This document shows positions 45,819 through 57,177 of a DNA stretch of 64,000 bases, in pieces. Every line of letters starts with the position of its first letter. Position 1 is the first letter of the stretch. The stretch covers positions 72,736 through 136,735 of the forward strand of contig JBCCQQ010000008.1 of assembly GCA_039024555.1 (NCBI GenBank), read 5' to 3'. The position numbers were made by a program, and so were the translations under genes. The DNA comes from Cyanobacteria bacterium P01_D01_bin.156 (lineage in GTDB: Bacteria > Cyanobacteriota > Cyanobacteriia > Phormidesmidales > Phormidesmidaceae). The notes beneath the pieces were generated by a model that worked only from the letters and a program-made list of their open reading frames with translations, made no database searches and was not told the DNA's origin.

Positions 45819-47525
45819 ATGTCCCAACCATCTTCACTAAAATCAGTCATTCTTCCCTATTGGCTCTCCCGAGAAAAGTTAGGTGCCTGGAGCCTTTTAG
45901 TCGTTCTTATTGGCTTACTCCTTATTCAAACTGGTCTCAAAGTTGTTTTTTTAATCTACGGTGGAGAAGTCACCTCGGCCTTGGCTGCTCAAGATGCCGA
46001 CCGATTCTGGCAGGCCATTGGTATCTTTTTAATCATTTTGTTAGTAGGCATTCCTCTTGCCTCTTTAAGTGGATATGTCCGGGCCAAACTAGGGTTGTTC
46101 TGGCGCACCTGGCTCACTCATCATTATTTGGATCACTATTTAAGTAACAATCACTTTTATCAAATACGCCTACGCCAGGTTTTAGCTAACCCGGACCAGC
46201 GTATCGAAGAAGATGTCCGTACCCTTACTCAAGAATCTCTGAAGTTTTTAGTCATTCTTCTAGAATCAGGATTCCAGCTCATCGGTTTTGCTGGCGTACT
46301 GTGGTCCATTTCTCAGCCATTAGTTGCTGTTTTAGTAGTTTATGCTGTTGTAGGAACTGCGATCGCAACTCTCTCTTTTGGCAAATCCCTTATCAGTATC
46401 AATGCGGAACAACTTCAACAAGAAGCAACCTTTCGCTACGATTTAGCCAGAATTCGTGAAAACACTGAAGCCATCGCCCTATATCGTGGAGAAAAGCAAG
46501 AACTCTCCCAAAGCTGGCAGCAGTTCGGGCTAGTACTTCGAAACTTCTCACGATTAATCCGCTGGCAGCTGGGCCTAAACCTTTTTCAAAACCACTATCG
46601 CTACGGCACTTTTATCATTCCAGGAATTATTCTAGCCCCCAGACTCTTCGCAGGAGACTTAGAAATTGGCGATGTTACCCAGGCCGGAGCAGCCTTTAAT
46701 CTAATGCTAGGGGCACTGGCCTTAATTGTTATTCAGCTGCAGCAGTTAACTAATCTTGGTGCAAGCATCCAACGTCTTACTCAACTAACAGCCACATTTA
46801 CAGATCTTAGCAAGCCTCTTTCAACACCTCTAGATTCTCAAGAGTTCAGCATCAAAAGATATTCTGGCTCCAACCTCTCCATCGAGCATCTAACCCTTTC
46901 CACACCCAACTCAGATAAAACTTTAATCCAAGACTTATCTTTTACTCTCCCACCTAAAAAAAGTTTACTCATCGTTGGTCCCAGTGGTATCGGTAAAAGC
47001 TCCCTACTCCGTGCCATTGCAGGCCTTTGGCATGCCGGTAGCGGTAATATTACTTGTCCAGAGTCCGTTGCATTTCTTCCCCAACGGCCCTATTTACCAC
47101 CTGGAAACTTACAACAACAGCTTCGCTATCCTGACTCATACTCCATCATAGACAACTCACAGCTCAACCAAGTGTTAGCAGCCGTCAATTTAGAACACTT
47201 AGCGCTATTGCCCACATATCAAGAAACTACGAAAAAGCATCTCTCATCTAATGAGAAACAAAAATCTCTCTCTAGCTTATCCTTAGGTGAACAACAGCGC
47301 TTAGCCTTTGCCCGCATTTTATTAAAATCCCCTACATATGTGTTCCTAGATGAAGCCACTAGTGCTCTGGACCTAGCCAATGAAGCATCACTCTATGGGC
47401 ATTTACAAACGCTAGGTATTAGTATCATCAGCGTTGGCCATCGGCCTTCCCTAGAGAAATATCATGACTATAAACTAGAACTCTTCGCTCATGGAGAATG
47501 GCAATACTCAGCAACTTCCCCATAG
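45819..47525 (+). CDS. Second ABC transporter fused permease/ATPase (paralog; possible heterodimer partner)
   Basis: NPDQRI, GPSGIGKSS, LSLGEQQRLAFAR, FLDEATSAL; ATG 45819 (or TTG 45798). Confidence 0.92.
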   Translation: MSQPSSLKSVILPYWLSREKLGAWSLLVVLIGLLLIQTGLKVVFLIYGGEVTSALAAQDADRFWQAIGIFLIILLVGIPLASLSGYVRAKLGLFWRTWLTHHYLDHYLSNNHFYQIRLRQVLANPDQRIEEDVRTLTQESLKFLVILLESGFQLIGFAGVLWSISQPLVAVLVVYAVVGTAIATLSFGKSLISINAEQLQQEATFRYDLARIRENTEAIALYRGEKQELSQSWQQFGLVLRNFSRLIRWQLGLNLFQNHYRYGTFIIPGIILAPRLFAGDLEIGDVTQAGAAFNLMLGALALIVIQLQQLTNLGASIQRLTQLTATFTDLSKPLSTPLDSQEFSIKRYSGSNLSIEHLTLSTPNSDKTLIQDLSFTLPPKKSLLIVGPSGIGKSSLLRAIAGLWHAGSGNITCPESVAFLPQRPYLPPGNLQQQLRYPDSYSIIDNSQLNQVLAAVNLEHLALLPTYQETTKKHLSSNEKQKSLSSLSLGEQQRLAFARILLKSPTYVFLDEATSALDLANEASLYGHLQTLGISIISVGHRPSLEKYHDYKLELFAHGEWQYSATSP

Positions 47526-47673
47526 ATCCGGAACAAAACTGCACTAGCAATGAATCTTTAAAAACCTACTGATACATCGTTGGCATGAGCTCCGATTGTA
47601 GATAGGCAACAACCACTCACGGGCAGACTTAGTCCATATGAACGTAACGGTTTTATGAGCTAAGGAAAATTTT

Positions 47674-50157
47674 ATGCTGTATCGCGGGCTGGGGGTGAGT
47701 CTACTACTTTGTCTGATAGGCCTGCCAGTTCTAGCACAGGTCAGTGAAGACAGCACTGTAGGAACAGTGGTAAGCGGAACAGGTCCATTCACTGTGACTG
47801 GAGGCACCCAGGAATTAACAACACTGTTTCACAGCTTTTCAGAATTTTCTCCAGGTACTAACGATGTAACGTTTGCGTTAGACGGTGGCCAGAACATGGT
47901 GAATGTAGTCATTGGTCGTGTCACAGGGAGCAATGCATCATTTCTCGATGGCCAGCTTTCTCTCACAGGAGGCAACAGCCCAGATCTCTTTTTAATTAAC
48001 CCCAATGGCATTAGCTTTGGTAGCAATGCGAGTCTATCTTTACCCGGCTCGTTTATCCCCAGTACCGCAGAGTCCGTTTTGTTTAGCCATGGGCTCGAAT
48101 TTAATGCCGCCACCTCCAATGAGGCACCGTTGCTGACAGTAAGCACCCCCGCAGGACTTCAGTTTGGAGCTGAAGCGTCTACATCGCAGCCAACTCTGGA
48201 AGTGGTTAACACTGGCCATAGCATTGTTAATGCGGGTCTATCTCTCTTAACTGGAGGCGGAGGCGATGTAGGGTTACGTATCGCGCCTCAGGAAACCCTG
48301 GCGCTAATCGGACACGACATTCGTTTATCAGGCGGCATAGTTAGCAATACTCTGGGTGGGCACTTACATTTGGGCAGCCCTCAGTCGGGCACCGTTGAAT
48401 TAAAGACTAGTCCGGCTGGCTGGGACTTTGACTACATAAACGTTAGCGACCTCGGTAATATCACCCTAAATAACCGTGCTTTGGTGGATACCAGCAGTCT
48501 AGTAGTCGGTCATCTCACAGTGAATACCCAAACACTAAATCTAGAGAATGGTTCGCTACTGTTGGCACAAAACTATGGATCTCAATCTGGAACTGACCTT
48601 GATATCCAAGCAACTGATGACATTAACATCATAGAAGTTGATAGTAGCGGTGGAGACATTATCCCCAGTGGCATTGTTTCCAGTACTTTTGGAACTGGAA
48701 ACGGCAGTACCGTTAACCTCACCGCAGACAATCTCTCAATGCGATCAGGGGGACGTATTGTAGCCAATAGCTTTATAGGGTCAGGTCAGGGAGGCGATGT
48801 CAAGATCCAAGTGGATGACACTCTCAATCTTGCAGAAGTAGGGGGTAATACCTCAGCCAGTCTTTTGGGAGCGGTTACCGGGAGCAGCGGCAATGCCGGA
48901 GATGTGTGGGTGACGGGCAATCAGTTACTAATCTCAGGCGGAGCAAGCCTTTCAACATTTACGTTGGATAGTGGTAATAGCGGTACCCTCAGTATTGATA
49001 TGTCAGAAAGGGTCGATATCGAAGGGTTTAGTCTTGCCATTGGCCAGGCTAGCAATCTTGCTGCAACTACTTTAGGCAGCGGCAACGCCGGAGATGTTTT
49101 AGTGAACACACCACAACTGAATCTACGCAATACCGGACGTCTAGACTCATCCACCACAGCTAGTGGTAATGCCGGGAACATCACTGTTAATGCCACTCAA
49201 GGAATCACAGTCGAGGGAGGTATCCAGACACCTATTCAGCTTTTATCATCAATCAGCTCATCTGCAGATATTCCCAGCGATACCTTTCGCTCAATATTTG
49301 GGTTACCGGCAATACCAACAGGTAATGCTGGTAATGTCACGTTGATAACACCCTCTCTTGTGGTTGAAGAAGGCGCTGAAGTGGCAGTCAAGAGCTTAGG
49401 TACTGGAGAAGGTGGAACCTTAACAATTAATGCTGAGCAAATTTCCCTCGATCAGGGTGGCCAACTCTCTGCTTTAACGACTGCAGGAAACGGAGGCAAC
49501 ATTTCGTTAACAGTGGATAGACTATTGTTAATGCGCCGCAACAGTTTGATTAATGCTGAATCGAGAAACATAGGTGACGGGGGCAACATTGTTCTGGCTT
49601 CACCAATTATTCTCGGTTTAGAAAATAGTGATATTGTGGCCAATGCCGTTAGTGGGGATGGTGGTAACATAAGCATTACGACTCGGGGCCTCTTAGGATT
49701 AGAATTTCGCGATCAGCTCACCGCTGGCAATGACATAACCGCTAGCTCCGAACTTGGCGTCACTGGTACTGTTGAAATTAACAACTTTGTTGTTAATCCT
49801 GACTCTGGCCTGGTAGAACTCCCTATTGATTTAGTCGATACTAGTAAACAGATTGCCCAAGGCTGTACCAGCAGTGGCAATGAGTTTATCGCAACCGGAC
49901 GTGGCGGCATCCCCAACCATCCCACCCAAGGGAATCAAAATCGCTTTTGGACCGACATCCGTAACTTGGCTAGTGAGCCCTCACATTCTACTTCCACCTT
50001 ACCCTTAAGTCCCTCTTCCCAATCCTCTGTTCCCCTAACCGAAGCGACTACCTGGCACACGAATACCACTGGGCAAATCGAGTTAGCAGTTGCAACAAAC
50101 CAGCGTGAACTAACCTCCTATACAACTTGCTCTGGCATATCAGTTAATCACCTATGA
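47674..50157 (+). CDS. Filamentous hemagglutinin N-terminal domain exoprotein (TpsA-like)
   Basis: Signal peptide; LFHSFSEFS, LFLINPNGI; repeated GNAG.V beta-helix units; FIATGRGG.P C-terminus. Confidence 0.9.
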   Translation: MLYRGLGVSLLLCLIGLPVLAQVSEDSTVGTVVSGTGPFTVTGGTQELTTLFHSFSEFSPGTNDVTFALDGGQNMVNVVIGRVTGSNASFLDGQLSLTGGNSPDLFLINPNGISFGSNASLSLPGSFIPSTAESVLFSHGLEFNAATSNEAPLLTVSTPAGLQFGAEASTSQPTLEVVNTGHSIVNAGLSLLTGGGGDVGLRIAPQETLALIGHDIRLSGGIVSNTLGGHLHLGSPQSGTVELKTSPAGWDFDYINVSDLGNITLNNRALVDTSSLVVGHLTVNTQTLNLENGSLLLAQNYGSQSGTDLDIQATDDINIIEVDSSGGDIIPSGIVSSTFGTGNGSTVNLTADNLSMRSGGRIVANSFIGSGQGGDVKIQVDDTLNLAEVGGNTSASLLGAVTGSSGNAGDVWVTGNQLLISGGASLSTFTLDSGNSGTLSIDMSERVDIEGFSLAIGQASNLAATTLGSGNAGDVLVNTPQLNLRNTGRLDSSTTASGNAGNITVNATQGITVEGGIQTPIQLLSSISSSADIPSDTFRSIFGLPAIPTGNAGNVTLITPSLVVEEGAEVAVKSLGTGEGGTLTINAEQISLDQGGQLSALTTAGNGGNISLTVDRLLLMRRNSLINAESRNIGDGGNIVLASPIILGLENSDIVANAVSGDGGNISITTRGLLGLEFRDQLTAGNDITASSELGVTGTVEINNFVVNPDSGLVELPIDLVDTSKQIAQGCTSSGNEFIATGRGGIPNHPTQGNQNRFWTDIRNLASEPSHSTSTLPLSPSSQSSVPLTEATTWHTNTTGQIELAVATNQRELTSYTTCSGISVNHL

Positions 50158-50325
50158 GTTGCTCTTATCACCACTAATAAGTTCAACAATTAGCTGTCTA
50201 GTTAGATAAATCACGAAATCATTCACACCTAAAAACTGATTTTTTGCCAAGTTTACTTTACGGTTCTTATTTACCTCTGCGCGCCCAATCTCCAGAGCGG
50301 GAAAACTATGGCCACTTAGTCTGAT

Positions 50326-52908
50326 TTGGTCATCGTGGGCAGAAGATTTACGATTTCTCTCAGTTGTTTTCCACGTCGTGTTTACCACCATTTGATTTGG
50401 GGGGTGATTGGGCTGAGCCTAGTGATTAGACTCGCAGCAATTCCCTTAACAGAGGCTGCACCCGCCGCAGATTCTGTACCTGAAGTAGAATTCCCGCAAT
50501 CTCATATCAATCCGATTACGGTGGGTCAGACGTTGTATCAGGAGGGGCGCTATTCTGATGCGATCGCTACCTGGCAAAGCACAATAGCAAAATTTAGCCA
50601 ACGTGGAGAACTGCCCCAACTCATCACAGTACTCAACCTACTCTCGGCTGCCCACCAGTCTTTAGCCCAATGGTCGGATGCGACCGTATACATTGAGCAA
50701 AGTCTGGCCCTGCTAGCAGAGCATTCCCAAGCACCGGAGCTCTACGGTCAAGCCCTTAGCACTCAAGCCAGTCTTCAACTTAACTTAGGGCAGCCAGAAC
50801 AAGCTCTGGAACTATGGCAACAAGCAGAAGACTATTATCGCCAAGCGGAAAACATTACAGGCATCCTGGGTAGTCAAATTAATCAAGCAGAAACCCTCCA
50901 GAGCTTAGGCTACTATCGACGATCCCAACAACGACTAGAAGTTGCCCGCCAGCAACTAGAAGCCCTACCAGATTCAATCGTGAAGGTGGTAGGCTTGCAG
51001 AGTTTAGGGAAAGCGTTTCAGCTCACCGGTGACCCGCGCGTTAGCTACGAGTATATGTCAAAGGCCCTAGCAAGTGCCCGCCGCATCAATGCCACAACAG
51101 AGTTGAGTTCAATTTATCTAAGCATTGGAAAACTAGCGACCGAGGTAGAGTCTGCCAATATTTCCTTGGCCTACTTCGATGCGGCCGAAGCCGCTGCCTT
51201 AACACCTCAGGAAAAACTACAGGCTCAGCTAGAAGAACTTAGCGTCTACATTGAGACAAAGCAATATGAGTCTGCCAATAGCCTGGCTCCACGACTCTTT
51301 GCTCAGCTCCGTCAACAGTCTGCAAGTCGAACTGCCGTCTACAATATTGTCAACTTTAGCCATCGTCTATTACAAGTTCCAACCCCAGCGATTACTCGAT
51401 CGAACTTGAATCAGCTGCTAGCACAAGCTGTTCGGTTCTCTAATGACTTACAGGATACTCGTGCTAAAGCCCATGCGCTACGACAAATGGGACAACTTTA
51501 TCGTGAGACACAACAGTGGACCGAGGCATTTGAATTAATCGAAAAATCTCTCCACGCAGCTCGAACAACTCAATCAGCCGATGTAATTTCTCAATCTGCC
51601 TGGCAATTAGGTCAGCTTCTAAAACAAAAAAATAAAACAAAGGCAGCTGTGGAGGCTTACAGCGAAGCAATAGCTGCCATACAATCGCTACGTGGAGATC
51701 TAGTAGCAATAAATCAAGATCTACAATTTTCTTACCAAAAACAGGTAGAACCAATCTATCGAGAGTTTATCTCTCTTTTGTTGGATATCAAAACTCCAGA
51801 GACCCTGAAACAGGCCCGAGATGTACTAGAAGCATTACAGATAGCTGAATTAGATAACTTCTTTCGAGAAGCCTGTATAGATCTCCAAGTTAATCAAATT
51901 GATCAGATTGATCCATCTGCCACGGTGGCATATTCCATCATTCTACCTAATCGCCTGGTCACTATATACGCTAAAGCTGGTCAACCCCTACAAGAATTCG
52001 AAGTCTCCATTGACAGTCAATCTGTTCAGAAAACTCTTCAAGAATACTTAAACCTACTGCATCTATCAAGTGATAAATCTCAGCGTTTGTCTACTGCCCA
52101 ACAAATTTATAATTGGTTAATACGACCGGCAGAAGACCAAGGACTACTTGTCTCTGATCAACCGGCTGTATTCGTATTAGATGGGCTATTAAGAAATATC
52201 CCTATGGCATCACTCTACGATGGCACACAGTATTTAATTGAAAAATATCCTGTAGCGCTCTCACCAGGCCTACAGCTAATACAGTCTCGCGATCTGAATC
52301 AGCAAAGTATTAAGGCTCTAGTTGGAGGGGTTAGCGAACAACGAGGTTCTTTCAGTGCTCTTCCAGCAGTTGAAACAGAAATAGAAACGATTCATCAGCT
52401 CATAAACTCAACCAAATTATTAAATAGCGAATTTACTCGTGATGCGATCGCTGAGCGCCTACGCTCAGAACCAATAGATGCGGTCCATTTGGCCACCCAT
52501 GGCCAATTTAGTTCTGACTTTAATCAAACCTATTTCCTCACCTGGGATGGTGTTATTAATATTCGAGAGCTCTCTGAGTTATTAAGACAACGTGAGGAAG
52601 CTAGTAATAAATCTATCGAACTATTGACCTTGAGTGCTTGTGAAACAGCAACAGGAGATGAGCGTGCAACATTAGGACTAGCAGGGTTAGCAGTCCGTTC
52701 CGGAGCACGGACAACTGTTGCTACTCTCTGGCCAATTAAAGATAACGTCGCCGCTCAGCTGATGACGAATTTCTATCAGGCATTACAACAACCAGACACA
52801 AGTAAAGCAGAAGCTCTCAGACAGGCCCAGATAAGACTAATACGAGAGACTAATTTTGATGATCCATTTTTCTGGTCAGCATACGTTTTGATCGGTAATT
52901 GGTTATAA
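50326..52908 (+). CDS. TPR plus CHAT (caspase-like) domain protein; start uncertain
   Basis: TPR-like helices; ELDNFFREAC; catalytic HLATHG and LTLSACET; PFFWSAYVLIGNWL. Confidence 0.9.
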   Translation: MVIVGRRFTISLSCFPRRVYHHLIWGVIGLSLVIRLAAIPLTEAAPAADSVPEVEFPQSHINPITVGQTLYQEGRYSDAIATWQSTIAKFSQRGELPQLITVLNLLSAAHQSLAQWSDATVYIEQSLALLAEHSQAPELYGQALSTQASLQLNLGQPEQALELWQQAEDYYRQAENITGILGSQINQAETLQSLGYYRRSQQRLEVARQQLEALPDSIVKVVGLQSLGKAFQLTGDPRVSYEYMSKALASARRINATTELSSIYLSIGKLATEVESANISLAYFDAAEAAALTPQEKLQAQLEELSVYIETKQYESANSLAPRLFAQLRQQSASRTAVYNIVNFSHRLLQVPTPAITRSNLNQLLAQAVRFSNDLQDTRAKAHALRQMGQLYRETQQWTEAFELIEKSLHAARTTQSADVISQSAWQLGQLLKQKNKTKAAVEAYSEAIAAIQSLRGDLVAINQDLQFSYQKQVEPIYREFISLLLDIKTPETLKQARDVLEALQIAELDNFFREACIDLQVNQIDQIDPSATVAYSIILPNRLVTIYAKAGQPLQEFEVSIDSQSVQKTLQEYLNLLHLSSDKSQRLSTAQQIYNWLIRPAEDQGLLVSDQPAVFVLDGLLRNIPMASLYDGTQYLIEKYPVALSPGLQLIQSRDLNQQSIKALVGGVSEQRGSFSALPAVETEIETIHQLINSTKLLNSEFTRDAIAERLRSEPIDAVHLATHGQFSSDFNQTYFLTWDGVINIRELSELLRQREEASNKSIELLTLSACETATGDERATLGLAGLAVRSGARTTVATLWPIKDNVAAQLMTNFYQALQQPDTSKAEALRQAQIRLIRETNFDDPFFWSAYVLIGNWL

Positions 52909-53065
52909 AACATGACCTAATCACTATTCGTCAAAAGTTTTAACAGGATTTTCACAGAATTGAGTACAGAAAGTAGAGAAAGCACGGATCAGATCTAGCT
53001 CAAAATTACTTACATTAGAAGAAAGAGTCTTAAAAGATAAGCTGTTTTATCAACTCTTCCTAAGA

Positions 53066-53095
53066 GTTGCGTCCGACTAGGTTGCGTCCGACTAG
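53066..53095 (+). repeat. Perfect 15-bp tandem duplication
   Basis: GTTGCGTCCGACTAG twice in the intergenic region upstream of the DUF928 gene. Confidence 0.85.
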
Positions 53096-53178
53096 TTGGT
53101 ATTTAAGATCTTATTGATTAGAGAATACCTTACTGAAAGTCTTTTGATATCCAAAACTACAAGGTTGTGTGAACATCC

Positions 53179-54195
53179 ATGAAAATAAATCTGTGGAAAA
53201 AAGTGTTCGAGCGCTTAGCGCTAATAGCCCTGATGATGTCGAGCTTACTGTCGACTATCTTAGCTCCAGCTAAAGCCGTCTCATTTACACCACCAGAAGA
53301 CAACAACGCACCTCAACAGAGTACGGGTGGAGCTTCTAGAGGAAACTGGCAGTTTGTGCCCCCTTCAGATAACAGCGCACCTCAACAGAGTACGGGTGGA
53401 GCTTCCCGCGATTTTGGGTTTATTCCACCCGCTGATAATGCAGTCCCTCACAGTAATACTAGCGGTGGGGCTTCTCGTAATGGTTTCAACTTTATCCCAC
53501 CGCCAGATAGTGCTGCTCCTCGAACGTCTAGTGGTGGAGCTTCCCGGGACATTGGCTTTATCCCTCCACTAGATAATGCAACTCCTAGTGACACAGCTGG
53601 TGGAGCTTCTCGAACCAATAGTTATGGTACTAACTCTTTACTATTTCAGGCTGTTAGCGATTCGATGTTAGCAATTACGCCTAACAGTTTCTATGGCCAG
53701 ACTTTGACTGCACGACCAATGTTCATGGCTTATGTGCCTCCCTCCACCATTCAACAAGCCGTCTTTAGTCTCAAGGATGAGGAACAGAATCTAGTTTTTG
53801 AGCAGATAGTTGCTATACCTGCTGAAGGTGGAGTAATGGCAATTCAGCTCTCAGAGTCAGCACCTGAACTGGAGATCGGTCAGAATTATCAGTGGTTTTT
53901 GACCTTGAAAGTGGATGCACAGATTACCCCAGCTAGTCCCTTTGTAGATGCTTGGGTTAAGCGTATTGCACCGACTGAAGAATTGGCTGACCTACTAGCA
54001 TCTGATTATTCACTCGAAAATGCAGAAACTCTAGCCCAGAATGGAATCTGGTATGACACTGCAGCCATTCTAGCGAGTCATCAAGCTGTCACTTCTACCC
54101 AAGATATTGCGGAGAGCTGGTCTGAATTATTGACTTCTGTAGGGCTTAGTCGCATGGCTGAAGCACCGATTATTGTAGTCAATGTTGATGAATAG
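53179..54195 (+). CDS. DUF928 domain protein with five N-terminal F.PP.D..P....GGASR repeats
   Basis: Signal peptide; T...RP.F..YVP, LEIGQNYQW, GIWYD, W.ELL.SVGL. Confidence 0.88.
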   Translation: MKINLWKKVFERLALIALMMSSLLSTILAPAKAVSFTPPEDNNAPQQSTGGASRGNWQFVPPSDNSAPQQSTGGASRDFGFIPPADNAVPHSNTSGGASRNGFNFIPPPDSAAPRTSSGGASRDIGFIPPLDNATPSDTAGGASRTNSYGTNSLLFQAVSDSMLAITPNSFYGQTLTARPMFMAYVPPSTIQQAVFSLKDEEQNLVFEQIVAIPAEGGVMAIQLSESAPELEIGQNYQWFLTLKVDAQITPASPFVDAWVKRIAPTEELADLLASDYSLENAETLAQNGIWYDTAAILASHQAVTSTQDIAESWSELLTSVGLSRMAEAPIIVVNVDE

Positions 54196-54375
54196 TGAAT
54201 TACAGGGAAAAATGAGAGTGAAGGTAAAACTAAGTTAGTCATTATCCTAGTTAAATATCCAGTCTCATACCTCTGAATTTTAATTGAAAATATATGATTT
54301 TCTAGGAATTTTCTGGCCTTGAGTTGGCCAGAAAATTCCACTGAGTACATGCCCGTAGGTGCCCATTTAATTAAT

Positions 54376-57177
54376 ATGTGGCAAAAAATAAAATCTCTCT
54401 TGAGTAAGGTCAATCGAACCTGGCTGATTGCACCAGGAGTTGCTATTACCGTGATAGCAGGCAACACTCTGGGCACCTTTGATCTACTGGAATGGGCTGT
54501 GCGTGATGAGTTTTTTCGACTGCGTACACTAGAATCAATAGAAGAGCGAATTGTTGTTGTCACCATTGATGAATCAGATATTCAAGCAACAGGTGATTGG
54601 CCAATTCCTGACCAAACTTTAGCCCAGCTTATCCAAGCAATACGTGCTCAACAACCTCGCGTTATCGGCTTAGATTTATATCGAGACTTACCCGAAGAAC
54701 CAGGCCATCAGGCTCTCTTAGAAATCTACAAAACAACACCACAGCTAATCGGTGTAGAAAAGATCACCGGCAGTCGAGTTTCTCCACCGCCTGTGTTAGC
54801 AGAGTTAGGTCAGGTTGCGATCGCTGATCTAGTTCTTGATAGAGATCGTACAGTTCGTCGCGCACTGCTTTCTTCCGAAGATATTCAAACAGGCTCAATC
54901 AAATCGGGGCTCGCTACTCAAGCAGCATTAACATATTTAGAAGCTGAAGGAATCAGCCTTGAAGCAATTAATACTGAACAACAACAGTTTCAACTAGGTC
55001 AAGCTTCCTACCAGCCTATACGATCTGGTGAGGGCGGCTATGACAAAAACGATCTGGGCGGCTATCAAATCTTGATGAACTGGCGTGGGGATTCTAGTCA
55101 GTTTTATCAGCTCACCATGAGTGATGTCTTATCTGGTGCGGTCGACCTTAGCTTAATGAGGGATCGTATCGTATTTGTTGGTTCTATTGCACAGAGCACA
55201 AACGATTTCTTTGAAACTCCATTCAGCCGAGCCTGGCTCTCCAAGACTCAGCCATTGGCCGGTGTATTTGTTCACGCTAATCTCTCGAGTCAGTTAATCA
55301 GCAGCGCCTTAAACAATCGCAAAAACTTAAGAGCTTGGTCGTTAAAACAGCAAGCAGTTTGGATTATTACCTGGGCTGCTCTGAGCAGTTTTGGTACTTG
55401 GTGGATAGAAGATCGCAGTCACAGTAGAGCAAGATATCGCCTTTCTATTGGATGGATACCAGTGACAGGTGGTTTAGCAATCGCATTACTCAGTGGAACA
55501 TACCTCGCTTTTTTAGCAGGCACACTAATACCTTTTATTCCAGCTGCAGTGGCTTTATTGGCAAGTGCTATTCTCACTACCGATACATATAAAAAACAGT
55601 GCTTATACCTAACAAATAAAAAACTTGAAGTCGCTAATAACCAGCTATTAGACGCTAATGCCACCTTAGAGCTGAAAGTTACTGAACGGACTCAAGAGCT
55701 GGTAATAGCCAAACAGTTAGCAGACACTGCCAACCAAGCTAAGAGCGAATTTCTTGCAAATATGAGCCACGAACTGCGGACTCCCTTGAACGGAATTCTT
55801 GGATACGCACAGATTTTACTAAGGTATCAACCCACTCACTCAAAAGATTACGAAAGAATTTCTATCATTCACCAATGCGGTTCTCACTTACTAACATTAA
55901 TTAATGACATTCTAGATCTATCCAAGATAGAGGCACGTAAGCTTGAACTGCACCCTAATAATTTTCATCTAATAGATTTCCTCAGGGGAGTCTCCGAAAT
56001 TTGTCGATTAAAAGCAGAGCAAAAAGGCATAATTTTTCAGCTTAAAACTGAAGATTGTTTACCAACTGGGCTTTATGCAGATGAGAAACGACTACGGCAA
56101 GTACTAATTAATCTGCTGGGAAATGCTGTTAAGTTTACTGACCACGGTAGTGTTGTCTTTTCCATCGAGCGCCTACCTGAAGAATCCACTTCTAAGACAG
56201 ATAGTCAGGAAACGTTAATAGGACTACGTTTCAAAGTAAAAGATACTGGAGTTGGAATGACTCCTACACAGCTTGAGAAAATATTCCAACCGTTTGAGCA
56301 AGTTGGCAGTAGCAATCATAAAGCTGAGGGTACAGGATTAGGACTTGCTATCTCTCAAAGAATTGCTCACCTTTTAGGTAGCCAACTGCAAGTATCGAGT
56401 CAGCCAAATGAAGGCAGCTGTTTCTGGCTGGATGTACAGTTGCCTATCTCCACGCATTGGGAAACAGAAGAATCGACCCATTCTTTATCTGACATCATCC
56501 ACATTAAGGGAAAGGTTCCTAAAATATTAATCGTCGATGACCAAGCATCCAGCTTAGCTGTTCTGGCAGATATTCTAATGTCGCTAGGTTGCGAATTATT
56601 TAAAGCCGACAATGGTCATACCGCTCTTGAATTAGCTCGTATTCATCGACCTGATGCAATTTTGACAGACCTAATGATGCCAGAAATGAATGGTTTTGAC
56701 TTAATGCGTCAAATTCGGATGGATACCTCATTAACCCAAACAACTTTGATCGCATACAGCTCTCACGTTTTTGATAGCGATCGCCAGGAATGTATAACAG
56801 CTGGAGCAGATGCATTTCTTCCTAAACCTATAAGTCTTGAAAGTTTGCTGCAAGTTTTACAAGAGAACCTCGATCTCATTTGGGAATATAAGCATAGCGA
56901 GCAAACAGAATTTCTAGCTCCATCTGCAATCTCAGAACCAATCCTAAACAATGATCAAGCTAGCTTTACACCATCCATTGAGGATTTAAACCACCTTTAT
57001 CATCTATCAATGATGGGTGATATCGGTGCCATTTCAGACTATCTCGATAGTCTAGAAGGAGAACATACTAGTGTGACTCCATTTTTGAAAACACTACGCA
57101 AATTTGCCGATGACTACCACGTCAAAGCGATTCGACAGTTCATAAGTAAAGCAATCACATCAACGAGTCAGTCATGA
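54376..57177 (+). CDS. CHASE2-domain hybrid histidine kinase (CHASE2-TM-HisKA-HATPase-REC)
   Basis: [45 protein letters not shown] 54376 preferred over TTG 54319. Confidence 0.92.
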   Translation: MWQKIKSLLSKVNRTWLIAPGVAITVIAGNTLGTFDLLEWAVRDEFFRLRTLESIEERIVVVTIDESDIQATGDWPIPDQTLAQLIQAIRAQQPRVIGLDLYRDLPEEPGHQALLEIYKTTPQLIGVEKITGSRVSPPPVLAELGQVAIADLVLDRDRTVRRALLSSEDIQTGSIKSGLATQAALTYLEAEGISLEAINTEQQQFQLGQASYQPIRSGEGGYDKNDLGGYQILMNWRGDSSQFYQLTMSDVLSGAVDLSLMRDRIVFVGSIAQSTNDFFETPFSRAWLSKTQPLAGVFVHANLSSQLISSALNNRKNLRAWSLKQQAVWIITWAALSSFGTWWIEDRSHSRARYRLSIGWIPVTGGLAIALLSGTYLAFLAGTLIPFIPAAVALLASAILTTDTYKKQCLYLTNKKLEVANNQLLDANATLELKVTERTQELVIAKQLADTANQAKSEFLANMSHELRTPLNGILGYAQILLRYQPTHSKDYERISIIHQCGSHLLTLINDILDLSKIEARKLELHPNNFHLIDFLRGVSEICRLKAEQKGIIFQLKTEDCLPTGLYADEKRLRQVLINLLGNAVKFTDHGSVVFSIERLPEESTSKTDSQETLIGLRFKVKDTGVGMTPTQLEKIFQPFEQVGSSNHKAEGTGLGLAISQRIAHLLGSQLQVSSQPNEGSCFWLDVQLPISTHWETEESTHSLSDIIHIKGKVPKILIVDDQASSLAVLADILMSLGCELFKADNGHTALELARIHRPDAILTDLMMPEMNGFDLMRQIRMDTSLTQTTLIAYSSHVFDSDRQECITAGADAFLPKPISLESLLQVLQENLDLIWEYKHSEQTEFLAPSAISEPILNNDQASFTPSIEDLNHLYHLSMMGDIGAISDYLDSLEGEHTSVTPFLKTLRKFADDYHVKAIRQFISKAITSTSQS

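Noticed and set aside
53284..53613. DUF928 repeats as a CRISPR array
   Set aside because: Repeats are conserved at protein level with synonymous changes, inside an intact ORF.
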